A stretch of 64,000 nt of DNA from Terriglobia bacterium (GCA_965206645.1 CBDBKE010000004.1:544001-608000); one strand, 5' to 3'; counted from the first letter of the stretch, positions 18,995-27,266 are shown. Notes: generated from the letters alone by a model not told the origin. Numbers and translations: made by a program.

Positions 18995-19680
18995 GCCGCC
19001 GCGGTTCGTGCGCACCGCCCAGCCCGGCTTCTACTGCGACGGCCGCGGCCTGAACTTGCGCGTCGACCCGTCCGGGGCGCGGCGGTGGGTGCAACGGCTG
19101 GTCATTCGAGACCGACCCCGGATGCTCGGGCTCGGCGGCTACCCGCTGGTGTCGCTGGCCGAGGCGCGCGACGTGGCGTTCGCCCACCGTAAGCAGGCGC
19201 GGGCAGGCGGAGATCCGCTGACCGAGCAGCGCCATGTTCAGCACGTACCCACGGTCGAAGAAGCCGCCGCCGCGGTGCTTGAGCAGCAGCGCCGCGGCTG
19301 GCGGCATGCCAAGTACGCGCGGGACTGGCCGCGCAGTCTGCGCGTCTATGCGTTCCCGCGCATCGGGGCGCGCGCTCGCGATCCTGCACGACGCACCGAG
19401 ACTGAGCGATTGCACCGGCCTCGTGTTCCGCAGTCGGTGCGGGAAGCCACTCTCCACCGTGACGCTGTCGAAATTGATCAAAGAACTCGGCATCGCCGCC
19501 GTGCCGCATGGGTTCCGGTCGAGCTTTCGGGATTGGGCGGCGGAGCGGACGAACACACCCCGCGAAGTGGTCGAAGCGGCGCTCGCTCATACGGTGCGCA
19601 ACCCGACAGACGCAGCATATGCGCGCAGTGATCTTCGAGCGCTGGCGTCGCCTGATGGACGACTGGGCGTCTGCCATCTA
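18995..19680 (+). pseudogene. Second P4-like integrase, internally deleted and frameshifted
   Basis: DGRGLNLRV..SGARRW...YAFPRIG jumps directly to ALAIL...HGFRSSFRDWAAE...AAYARSD in another frame; homologous to 11507-12724. Confidence 0.85.
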
Positions 19681-20307
19681 TACGAGATAACTCATTCTAT
19701 AGAAATAACTTACAGCTTTATCTGTAATCGCTTCCCCTCATCGGACCCCTCGTTCGCAATCATGATGTCCGAGGGCGTTGAAGACCCTCTGTGGACGGCT
19801 TGAGATCGTGGACCGCCGAGCCGACCACGCGCTGATCAGGCGCTGCGGGGCACCATTGCCACTCCCGCCGTTGTCACCGAACGACGATCGCGCGTTGGCC
19901 GGCCACGCGTACGCGTGGCCGGCGGACAGAGGCACCCGCCGCTACGCGGCCGAACGCGGGAGCGCGATCCCAACGCCCCCGACTACGCTCCACACCCGGA
20001 CGGCCTACACCCCCATCCGCCGCCATGACTCTGCATCTAGCGCCACCTATCCACCGACACGACCCCGCCAATCTCGCCTCATGTTGTCTGCCATCAGCCC
20101 CGCTCCGCGGCGGCAGTCGGGTAGCGCGCACCGCACCGCGCCAGGACGTTCCGCTTACCTTCGGTCCCTGTCACGTCCGTTGCCACTGCGCTCCTGTTCC
20201 TCCTGCCACCGCTCCCGCACGGCCTCCTGTCCAGGTCGCTCATCCCCTTCCGCCAGCTCTACATGAGCGGAAGGGCAATCACGCCCACAACGGACAGGAG
20301 AAACGAA

Positions 20308-20595
20308 ATGGCAAACAACACCAACGGCAAGCCCGTCGCGGAGATCCGAGTCGGCAGGATAATCGCCGCCATCTGGCAGAACACCCCCACGGACGAAGGC
20401 GTGTTTTACAGCGTCCACATCACCCGCCTTTTCCGCCGCGGCTCCACCTGGGACCGCACTCCCGCATTCGGCCGCGATGACCTGCTGACGGTCGCGAAGG
20501 TCGCCGACCTCGCCAACACGCGGATCTACGAGTTGCAGAACGCAATCGAATTCCGCAACCCGCAGGACGACGCCGACGACGCCAGCGCCGCCTAA
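20308..20595 (+). CDS. Small mobile-element protein, putative ssDNA-binding (KPVxEIRxGxIxAAIW family)
   Basis: AGGAG RBS; MANNTNGKPVAEIRVGRIIAAIWQN...FGRDDLLTVAKVAD with acidic tail; function is inference. Confidence 0.65.
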   Translation: MANNTNGKPVAEIRVGRIIAAIWQNTPTDEGVFYSVHITRLFRRGSTWDRTPAFGRDDLLTVAKVADLANTRIYELQNAIEFRNPQDDADDASAA

Positions 20596-20605
20596 CGCAC
20601 GAAAC

Positions 20606-20640
20606 GCCGCGGCGGGACCGCTCCCCGCCGCGGCCTTCTC
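20606..20640 (+). terminator. GC-rich hairpin after the small gene
   Basis: GCCGCGGCGGG-accgctc-CCCGCCGCGGC followed by CTTCTC. Confidence 0.55.
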
Positions 20641-20740
20641 TGTACATGGAAATGGCAACCTGAAAAGGGACCCCCCAATTGTTGAGTTGTCGTGGCCATC
20701 GGGACGTAGCCGGTAGCTGTCGCCGGCGATCGTCAACACG
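20641..20740 (-). mobile_element. IS21-family right end with istB tail
   Basis: Minus frame LTIAGDSYRLR (IstB C-terminal motif); TGT-initiated end at 20641. Confidence 0.55.
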
Positions 20741-20761
20741 GTGGCGCGGTGGAAACTAGAC

Positions 20762-20788
20762 TGGCGGGGGCGGCGGGAGTCGAACCCG
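20762..20788 (-). repeat. tmRNA/tRNA-like 3' end fragment (att remnant)
   Basis: Minus strand GGGTTCGACTCCCGCCGCCCCCGCCA resembles the ssrA 3' end GGGTTCGACTCCCGCCGCCTCCACCA. Confidence 0.55.
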
Positions 20789-21078
20789 AACCACGTGATT
20801 TTCTAAGTTGATGATGGCAAAGGACATCTGGTGATAAGTCTTTGTCGGTCATCACGTTCCAGCCATGCGGTTGTCCCCTCCAGTCTCCTGGAGTCCCCCC
20901 GAGTCGACCCCGGTCTTGGCAACATTGTGGCAACGCTCTTCGCTAGGAGAACCTGCCTGTTCAGTGACATCCCGATCGTAATCGAACCGAGGGCCTTGCG
21001 TGATCGCCTCGGGTCTCCGTGGTCCTCGATGAGGCAAACCGTTGACCGGTGCTCAAGCCAGTTGTAATATACAAATAT

Positions 21079-21390
21079 ATGAAAACACAATCCGAAGCAC
21101 CGACTACCGTCAAGTTGGGCGTGAGCCGCCAGGTCGTGATCCCCAAGAAGCTGCACGACCGTCTCGGGCTCAAGCCCGGCGACTACCTCGAGGTCGAAGA
21201 ACAGCAGGGCAGAGTCGTCATGACGCCGAAGACGCTCATCGACAGCCGCGTGCACGCGGCGTTTCGGGAAAGCATGGAGGATTTCAAGAGCGGTAGGTAC
21301 TCCGGGCCGTTCGACACCGCGGAGCAGGCGACGGCGTCGCTCCACAAGATTGCCGGTGCGCGTCGAGCGAGGAAGGCGAGCCGCGGGTAG
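21079..21390 (+). CDS. AbrB/MazE-family antitoxin
   Basis: VKLGVSRQVVIPKKLHDRLGLKPGDYLEV...VVMTP; TTGACC-17-TAATAT promoter upstream. Confidence 0.85.
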   Translation: MKTQSEAPTTVKLGVSRQVVIPKKLHDRLGLKPGDYLEVEEQQGRVVMTPKTLIDSRVHAAFRESMEDFKSGRYSGPFDTAEQATASLHKIAGARRARKASRG

Positions 21391-21636
21391 ATGCGGCTCA
21401 TTCACACCGCCAGGTTCGAGAAGGACTATTCGGCCGCGCCGACGGATGTGCAGCGCGCATTCGACAAGTAGGAGCGGTTCCTTGCCGACAACCTCCAGCA
21501 TCCGTCGCTGCACGCCAAGAAATACGACGAGTCCACGGGCTTGTGGCAAGCCAGGGTCAATCGATCCTGGCGTTTTTATTTCACCATCGAAGGGGACGCC
21601 TACGTGCTACACGCCATCATCGCACACCAGAAGTAG
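21391..21636 (+). pseudogene. RelE/ParE-superfamily toxin with a premature TAG
   Basis: MRLIHTARFEKDY...RAFDK*ERFLADNLQHPSLHAKKYD...WQARVNRSWRFYF; in-frame TAG at 21469-21471. Confidence 0.8.
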
Positions 21637-21740
21637 AGGCGGCGGCAGAGTTGCTTGACCGGAGTAGGTCACTGAGCCGTTCGTCGTTCTGTCGTCGCTC
21701 ATCTCGTAGCACCTCGTCAGTTTTTCGTCCGCGCCCGCCG

Positions 21741-22301
21741 TTATTTGGGGCTCTCCCCCGCATCCCGCAGCATCCCGTAGATGTAGCCGTGTCCAAGACC
21801 CGCGCGTCGTGCGATCCGCCCCACATAAACGCCACTACGCCAAAGCTCGACCACGACCGAGCACGCCTCCCAGTACCGCTCCATCACAGCTTCGACGCCG
21901 GACGCGGCAAGACTCCCTGCTTCCTCCTCATGCGTGGCCCTGTCCATGCGCTCCACCCCGACAGCCGCGCGAGATAGCCGATGTAGGTGGTCCGAGCTGA
22001 ACAGGGTATCGCTCCGCGATCCCCCGTACTCCCCGCCCGACGACTCGTTATAGCCGTGCGGCGTCATCGTCCGGCGTGCCATGATCTCACGGTGTTCGGC
22101 GTCGCAGGCCGCGTACACGTCAAGGCCGAAATGCAAGACTTCAATGGCCGGGTCGCCGAGCTGCGTAAACGGGAGCCGGCCTGCCTTTCGGTGCGCGGTG
22201 ATTCGGCGGTCAACGGCCTGCGACATGCCGATGTATTGCAACCCGCCATGCCGTCTCCAGCACAACAGGTACACCGACCAAGAGCCTCTTTCTGCGCTCA
22301 T
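21741..22301 (-). CDS. GIY-YIG nuclease-domain protein with a possible C-terminal HTH
   Basis: SVYLL...YIGMS...RRITAHR...E...GYN; C-terminal RIARRAGLGHGYIYGML. Confidence 0.6.
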   Translation of the reverse strand: MSAERGSWSVYLLCWRRHGGLQYIGMSQAVDRRITAHRKAGRLPFTQLGDPAIEVLHFGLDVYAACDAEHREIMARRTMTPHGYNESSGGEYGGSRSDTLFSSDHLHRLSRAAVGVERMDRATHEEEAGSLAASGVEAVMERYWEACSVVVELWRSGVYVGRIARRAGLGHGYIYGMLRDAGESPK

Positions 22302-22309
22302 GTCGGGCT

Positions 22310-22490
22310 CGAGGCTGCTCTACCGGCAGTTCGGCGCGGACCCGGCCAAGTCGAATGATAAATTCACTATCCTCAACTTCCGAACGGACTGTCTGCGCGA
22401 GCTGAAAAAATCAAATGGGCGTGGCCGGACCTGCACTATCATACGGTCACGGCGGCGCTTGTACTCTCGCCGCCGCGCATCGCGCCGTTT
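22310..22490 (+). pseudogene. Plasmid-type RepA (RepA_C) C-terminal fragment
   Basis: LYRQFGADPAK...NFRTDCLRELKK / IKWAWPDLHY with a frameshift in the A-run near 22410. Confidence 0.55.
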
Positions 22491-22771
22491 ACGGCACCGC
22501 AGGACCTCAGTTCCTCATCAACAGCCAACAGGGTGCCTCTCTCAACGAGGTCCATCACATCGTCGCCATCGGTATCCTGCACATCCAACAGTCGTGGCAC
22601 CGCGACAGCTGCGGCTAGTGGTCTCAAGTCGCCTCCGATCATCTCCCCTTCGACTCGGTCGACGAGTCTTCTAAGAATCCCGCCGAGTTCCGTGCTCTCC
22701 CTTTCTTCGTGCATGCGCTGCCGCGCTCGCGCTAGGTGTTCCTGGGGTCGGAAGTGTCGACTGTACGTACG

Positions 22772-23668
22772 TCAGCGATACCGGTCCTTCCGATCCCACC
22801 GAAGGTGGCCATCGAGTTCCTTCAACCCGTGCTCATCCTCTTCGTCACGGCGGTACGCGCTGTCACGCCCTTCGTATGCCCACCGACTCTCGCGTCGGCT
22901 CGGGGCAACCGGGATGTCTTCGCTCTCGAACCACAGCAAGCTCAAGGTCTGGTCCCATTTTGGCAGGTGACGCGCCTCTGCAACCAGAACCCCTCCTCGT
23001 TCCCAATCGCTGAACCAGACATCAGCGGGCACCCGTGACCGCTCAGGGGCAGCTCCGGAGCGAACGCGGTGCGAGATGGTCCCTTCGGGCACATCAGTGC
23101 TTACCCCGATCCACGCGCGGGCGTCGCCTAGAGCCTTCGACAGGGAGGCATACCGCACCTTGCCGTTCTCTGACAGGACAAAGGCGCATGGCGCCGTGAC
23201 AACGGCAGCGAAGCGCGAGCCCGTGGAAGAAATCGACGCCTCGAAGTCGGCCGCGAGCGCGTCGATGGTAGCAAGGCAAACGACTGCATCTTCGGCCCGT
23301 GGCTGAAAGAGGTGATCCGGTAGTAGGAGCTCCGCGGCGAACGTATCGCACAATCGTTCAGCGAGCGGCCTCTTGGCGGTCCACCACTGGGCGGAGTGGT
23401 CGGACGGCAGGCCGAGCACGATATGTCCGATCTCGTGGCAGATCGTGAAGCGCTGACGTTCTGGGCTGTCGTTGCGGTTGACGCAGATGTGGTGCTTGCC
23501 GCCGACGTTTACAGACATTCCGTACAGCCCGTCCTGCAGGGCCTCAAGTCTCACCTTCGCGTTGGCATTGGTCAGGTAAGCGTCCATTGAAACTGGAACG
23601 GTAAGCGGGTTCGCCTTCGACACGAAGGCCCTCGCCTTGAGTCGTGCAGTCAGCTCATCGATCGCCAT
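22772..23668 (-). CDS. ImmA/IrrE-family Zn metallopeptidase
   Basis: RQRFTICHEIGH (HExxH), ERLCDTFAAELLLP; natural start MAIDELT at 23668 lies inside the fused 503-aa ORF. Confidence 0.85.
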   Translation of the reverse strand: MAIDELTARLKARAFVSKANPLTVPVSMDAYLTNANAKVRLEALQDGLYGMSVNVGGKHHICVNRNDSPERQRFTICHEIGHIVLGLPSDHSAQWWTAKRPLAERLCDTFAAELLLPDHLFQPRAEDAVVCLATIDALAADFEASISSTGSRFAAVVTAPCAFVLSENGKVRYASLSKALGDARAWIGVSTDVPEGTISHRVRSGAAPERSRVPADVWFSDWERGGVLVAEARHLPKWDQTLSLLWFESEDIPVAPSRRESRWAYEGRDSAYRRDEEDEHGLKELDGHLRWDRKDRYR

Positions 23669-23789
23669 TCGCCTCGTCCATGATTCTGCACACGAGTTCG
23701 ATCTGCTTCGCGTAGTCCGGGCGGGCCGTACCGCGAAACGCGATGCCCGCGACTGCGGCGAAAACGTTGTACCCAATCGCGTTGTCCGA

Positions 23790-24283
23790 TAGCCACCGAC
23801 TCGTGTCTTGACCATTATTCCGGTCATAAAGGCGACGGATCCGTCGTCGACGTCGATCGGCCAAAAGAACAGTTCGGTGTTATCTGCCGTGATCACGTGC
23901 TGCTGCTGATTTGAAGAAGTGCATCTTGGGTTCGTGTCGAGGAAAGCGAACGCGATCGCCGCCGCTTCGATCTCTTGCTCTTGTGCTTCGATCTCTTGCT
24001 CTTGTGCTTCGATCTCTTGCTCTTGTGCTTCGATCTCTTGCTCTTGTAGGGATGGAAATGCTCCGTCGATCTTGCCCTGGCGGCGGCAGAGAAGGCTGGG
24101 GCGCTCGATCGGCTGTCCATGACCATCAACAAACTTTGCAAGGAACGCCTTGGCTTGTGTCTTAAACTTCAGATCCGCCCAACGTTCTTCGAATGCTGCA
24201 AGCGGGCCGAGCTCCCAATCGCCAAATTCGATGGGCTCATTCATATCCAGGTAAGGGCAAAACGCTAAATACGGGAAGGGCAT
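23790..24283 (-). pseudogene. Truncated hypothetical gene fused in frame to the IrrE-like ORF
   Basis: MPFPYLAFCPY... protein-like N-terminus containing QEQEIEA x4; a second frame near 23790-23655 appears to come from a different gene. Confidence 0.45.
23964..24047. repeat. Perfect 21-bp tandem repeat x4
   Basis: (GCTTCGATCTCTTGCTCTTGT)4, encoding QEQEIEA. Confidence 0.95.
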
Positions 24284-24311
24284 GAGAACTCTTTCTTCGC
24301 AGACAGGTCAC

Positions 24312-24442
24312 GGTGCTGTCAAGTTAAGCAGTTTGGCGGCATTCTCGCCGCTCGCCGCCACCGCTAAGTCATTGATTCTCAGTCTATAATCCAGCAAAAT
24401 CCTTCCGCAAAACGGGCGGATTCCGCTCAACTTAACAGTACC
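24312..24442. mobile_element. 131-bp MITE with IS6-like terminal IRs
   Basis: GGTGCTGTCAAGTTAAG ... CTCAACTTAACAGTACC inverted ends; no ORF. Confidence 0.65.
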
Positions 24443-25031
24443 GCCCTATGAGTTCGACCGTCGCGCCTTCGGGCCAATCAACTCCGGAGCCTCGCAATGA
24501 GAAAGAGGCTGTCGAGGGGCTAGAACTCAAAGGCAATCTCGCTGTGTTGCCGGAAAACATCGGACGGAATCCTCTCCGCACTATTGATCCTTGTGTAATC
24601 TCTGTGTAAGCTAATGTCCTACTTGAGAGGCAAAGAGAGAACGGCCTGTGGGCCAGAGAAGATCCCCGTAGCTCCTAGTTGCGCTGGAGGCGTCTGCAGT
24701 GAGTTCCCGTGAGCCGGGCGATAGGATCCAGTTCGGTCACGGCCAGGTTGGCCAGCGGATTACACTTCAGATAGCTCCGGACGTCTTCGCCCCGCATGGA
24801 GCGCCGGGGCATAGGAAGAGCCAGAAACTCCATGTTCAGGGAGGGGCTCTGCCAAAGCGCTCACTGGTCCCGTGACAGCAGAGCACCTGCTTGGCACGTG
24901 TATCAAAACTGTATCAAAACCCTGTTTGTTGAAGGGATTGGGGTTGCCCGTGAGCGGCGAGCAGGTTCCCCAAGTTGTTGATAACGCAAGGAATTGAACG
25001 TAACCAATGGAGAGAAAAGAAGCGGTGACGA

Positions 25032-25073
25032 TGCGTGTGAAGCAGGCGCTCTAACCAACTGAGCTAGTCGCCC
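25032..25073 (-). tRNA. tRNA-Val(CAC), 5' half only (interrupted)
   Basis: GGGCGACTAGCTCAGTTGGTTAGAGCGCCTGC-TTCACAC-GCA, then unrelated sequence; TGGTATAAT extended -10 at 25112-25104. Confidence 0.8.
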
Positions 25074-25115
25074 TCCCCCAGTGATCGACGCGAGTACGGC
25101 GCCATTATACCACGC

Positions 25116-26078
25116 GTGGACAATTCGCAGCCTACAACCCACGGCGCGCAGACCTTCGAGCGCTTGGAGAAGTCGTTGCGCACCATCATCCGCGGCAAGG
25201 ACGACGTGATCGAGCTGGCACTGGTGGCCCTGCTGGCCCGCGGCCACTTGCTCATTGAAGACGTGCCCGGGGTGGGCAAGACCACCCTCGGCCACGCGCT
25301 GGCCCGCCTGCTGAATTGCACCTTTCATCGCATCCAGTTCACCAGCGACCTGCTGCCCAGCGACGTGCTGGGGATCTCCATCTACGACCAGCACCGGCAG
25401 CAGTTCGAGTTTCGGCCTGGTCCGGTGTTCACTAACATCCTGCTGGCCGACGAGATTAACCGCACCACGCCCAAGACCCAGAGCGCGCTGCTGGAGGCCA
25501 TGAATGAGGGCCAGGTCACAATGGACAGCGTGACCAAACCGCTGCCGGAGCCCTTCATGGTGATTGCCACGCAGAATCCCGTCGAGCATCACGGCACCTA
25601 TCCCCTGCCCGACTCGCAACTGGATTGCTTCCTGATGCGGATTCGCATGGGCTATCCAGCCGAGGAGAGCGAACAGGAGATCGTGCGCTACCATTCGGCC
25701 GGCAACAAGCTCGACGGCGTCGAGCCGGTCCTGGATGCCGCCCAGGTGCTGGCGCTGCAGCAGGAGGTGAAGTCGGTGTCGGTGGATGAAGACCTGGTGA
25801 GCTATACGGTGGCCATCGCCGGACGAACCCGGGAAAGCGAGTACCTGTCGCTGGGCGTCAGCCCGCGCGGTTCGATGGCGCTTTACCAGTCGGCGCAGGC
25901 TCTGGCCTATCTGCGGGGCCGGCGTTTCACCACGCCGGACGATTTCAAGCGCCTGGCAATCCCTGTGTTTGCCCACCGTGTGGTGCTCAACTCGCGCTAT
26001 ACCTCCACATTAAAGAAAAGTGATCAGGCCGCCGAAGCGCTCCGCGAGATTGTTGACTCCGTACCGGTCCCCATGTGA
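25116..26078 (+). CDS. moxR: MoxR-family AAA+ ATPase
   Basis: EDVPGVGKT, RIQFTSDLLPSD, LADEINRTTPKTQSALLEAM, ATQNPVE. Confidence 0.93.
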   Translation: MDNSQPTTHGAQTFERLEKSLRTIIRGKDDVIELALVALLARGHLLIEDVPGVGKTTLGHALARLLNCTFHRIQFTSDLLPSDVLGISIYDQHRQQFEFRPGPVFTNILLADEINRTTPKTQSALLEAMNEGQVTMDSVTKPLPEPFMVIATQNPVEHHGTYPLPDSQLDCFLMRIRMGYPAEESEQEIVRYHSAGNKLDGVEPVLDAAQVLALQQEVKSVSVDEDLVSYTVAIAGRTRESEYLSLGVSPRGSMALYQSAQALAYLRGRRFTTPDDFKRLAIPVFAHRVVLNSRYTSTLKKSDQAAEALREIVDSVPVPM

Positions 26079-26208
26079 GTGCTGAGCGCCGTCAGTCACT
26101 CCCGTCGATTCCCATACAGCGTAGCGCTGACGGGAAAGGCCCAAACGACTCGGAACCCGGCCGGCTCGTTGTGCACTTCCGGCACTCCATTCCAGACGTC
26201 TCACTAAT

Positions 26209-27264
26209 ATGATCCGCACCGGAATCATCGGTCTGCTTCAGTCCGGCAAGACATCCGTGTTCAAGATCCTGACGCATAGCTCGGTGGTCACAGGATTCGG
26301 GGGTCATGAGGCCCACCTGGGCGTGGCGCAAGTCCCCGACCGTCGGTTGGAGCAACTGGCTCAACTGATCCAGCCCAAGAAGACCACGCATGCCGCGCTG
26401 GAATTCATGGACGTACCGGCCATCCGCAAGGAAACCCTGCGCGAGCCCTCCTACCTCGCTAACCTTCGCCAGGTGGACACCCTAACTCACGTCGTGCGAG
26501 CCTTTGGAGAGGAAGCAGACCCCGGTCGGGACATCGCCGATGTAGACCTGGAGCTCATCCTAAGCGACCTGGAACAGACCGAAAAGCGGCTGGAACGTGT
26601 AGAGCGCGATCTGCAGAAGATGAAGAATCCGGAGTTGCAACATGAGCGCGAAGTACTGGAGAAATCCCGCCAACACCTGGACCGGCAAAGACCGCTGCGG
26701 GAGTTGCAACTGGACCGCAACGAGAAGAAACGCATCCGCGGCTTCATGTTCCTTTCCGAGAAACCGATGCTCATCGTGCTCAACGCCAGCGAGCAGGACA
26801 CGTCGGAACTGGACAAGCTGAAAGACCGCTACCACCTTGACCTTCGTTCACAGACCGGAGTCACCGGCGTCTGCGGGCAGGTCGAGGCGGAGTTGGCCGA
26901 GTTCTCTGACGAAGAAGCCGAGGAAGCCGCCGAGTATCTGGCCAGCTACGGCTTAAAGGAACCCGGACGGGAGCGGTTGATCCGCGCCCTCTGCGACCTG
27001 ATGGGCCTGCTCACCTTTTTTACGGTCAGCGAGGCGGAATGCCGGGCCTGGATGCTGCACCATGGGCAAACCGCGCTAGAGGCTGCTGCCTGCGTCCACA
27101 CCAACCTGGCGGCACGCTTCATCCGCGCCGAGGTGGTAGACTGGGCCGCCCTGTCGGAGGCAGGTGGCCTGGCGGCTGCACGTGACCGCGGCCTGATCCG
27201 CCTCGAGGGCAAAGAGTACCCGGTCGAGGAGGGCCAGGTCCTTTACATCCGCCACTCCGGCTGA
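26209..27264 (+). CDS. ychF: YchF/Obg-like ATPase (DUF933/TGS C-terminus), divergent
   Basis: GIIGLLQSGKT, VPDRRL, HVVRAF, ELILSDL, FFTV..ECRAW, FIRAEVV, RLEGKEY. Confidence 0.8.
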   Translation: MIRTGIIGLLQSGKTSVFKILTHSSVVTGFGGHEAHLGVAQVPDRRLEQLAQLIQPKKTTHAALEFMDVPAIRKETLREPSYLANLRQVDTLTHVVRAFGEEADPGRDIADVDLELILSDLEQTEKRLERVERDLQKMKNPELQHEREVLEKSRQHLDRQRPLRELQLDRNEKKRIRGFMFLSEKPMLIVLNASEQDTSELDKLKDRYHLDLRSQTGVTGVCGQVEAELAEFSDEEAEEAAEYLASYGLKEPGRERLIRALCDLMGLLTFFTVSEAECRAWMLHHGQTALEAAACVHTNLAARFIRAEVVDWAALSEAGGLAAARDRGLIRLEGKEYPVEEGQVLYIRHSG

Positions 27265-27266
27265 AG

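Noticed and set aside
16801-19556. Long N-terminal extensions of ORFs 16801-18264 and 17835-19556
   Set aside because: The extensions overlap the neighbouring ATPase or the antisense integrase remnant; real starts are at 17835 and 18932.
21469-21471. Stop-codon recoding (pyrrolysine or alternative code) for the in-frame TAG, and for the TAA at 46747
   Set aside because: TAG and TAA terminate many normal genes in this window, and no recoding machinery is visible.
21741-22301. GIY-YIG gene as the mobiliser of the REP-like repeats
   Set aside because: No such repeats flank this gene, so nothing in the sequence links them.
23964-24047. 21-bp repeats as a mini-CRISPR or iterons
   Set aside because: No spacers; the copies are head-to-tail and in frame within a coding remnant.
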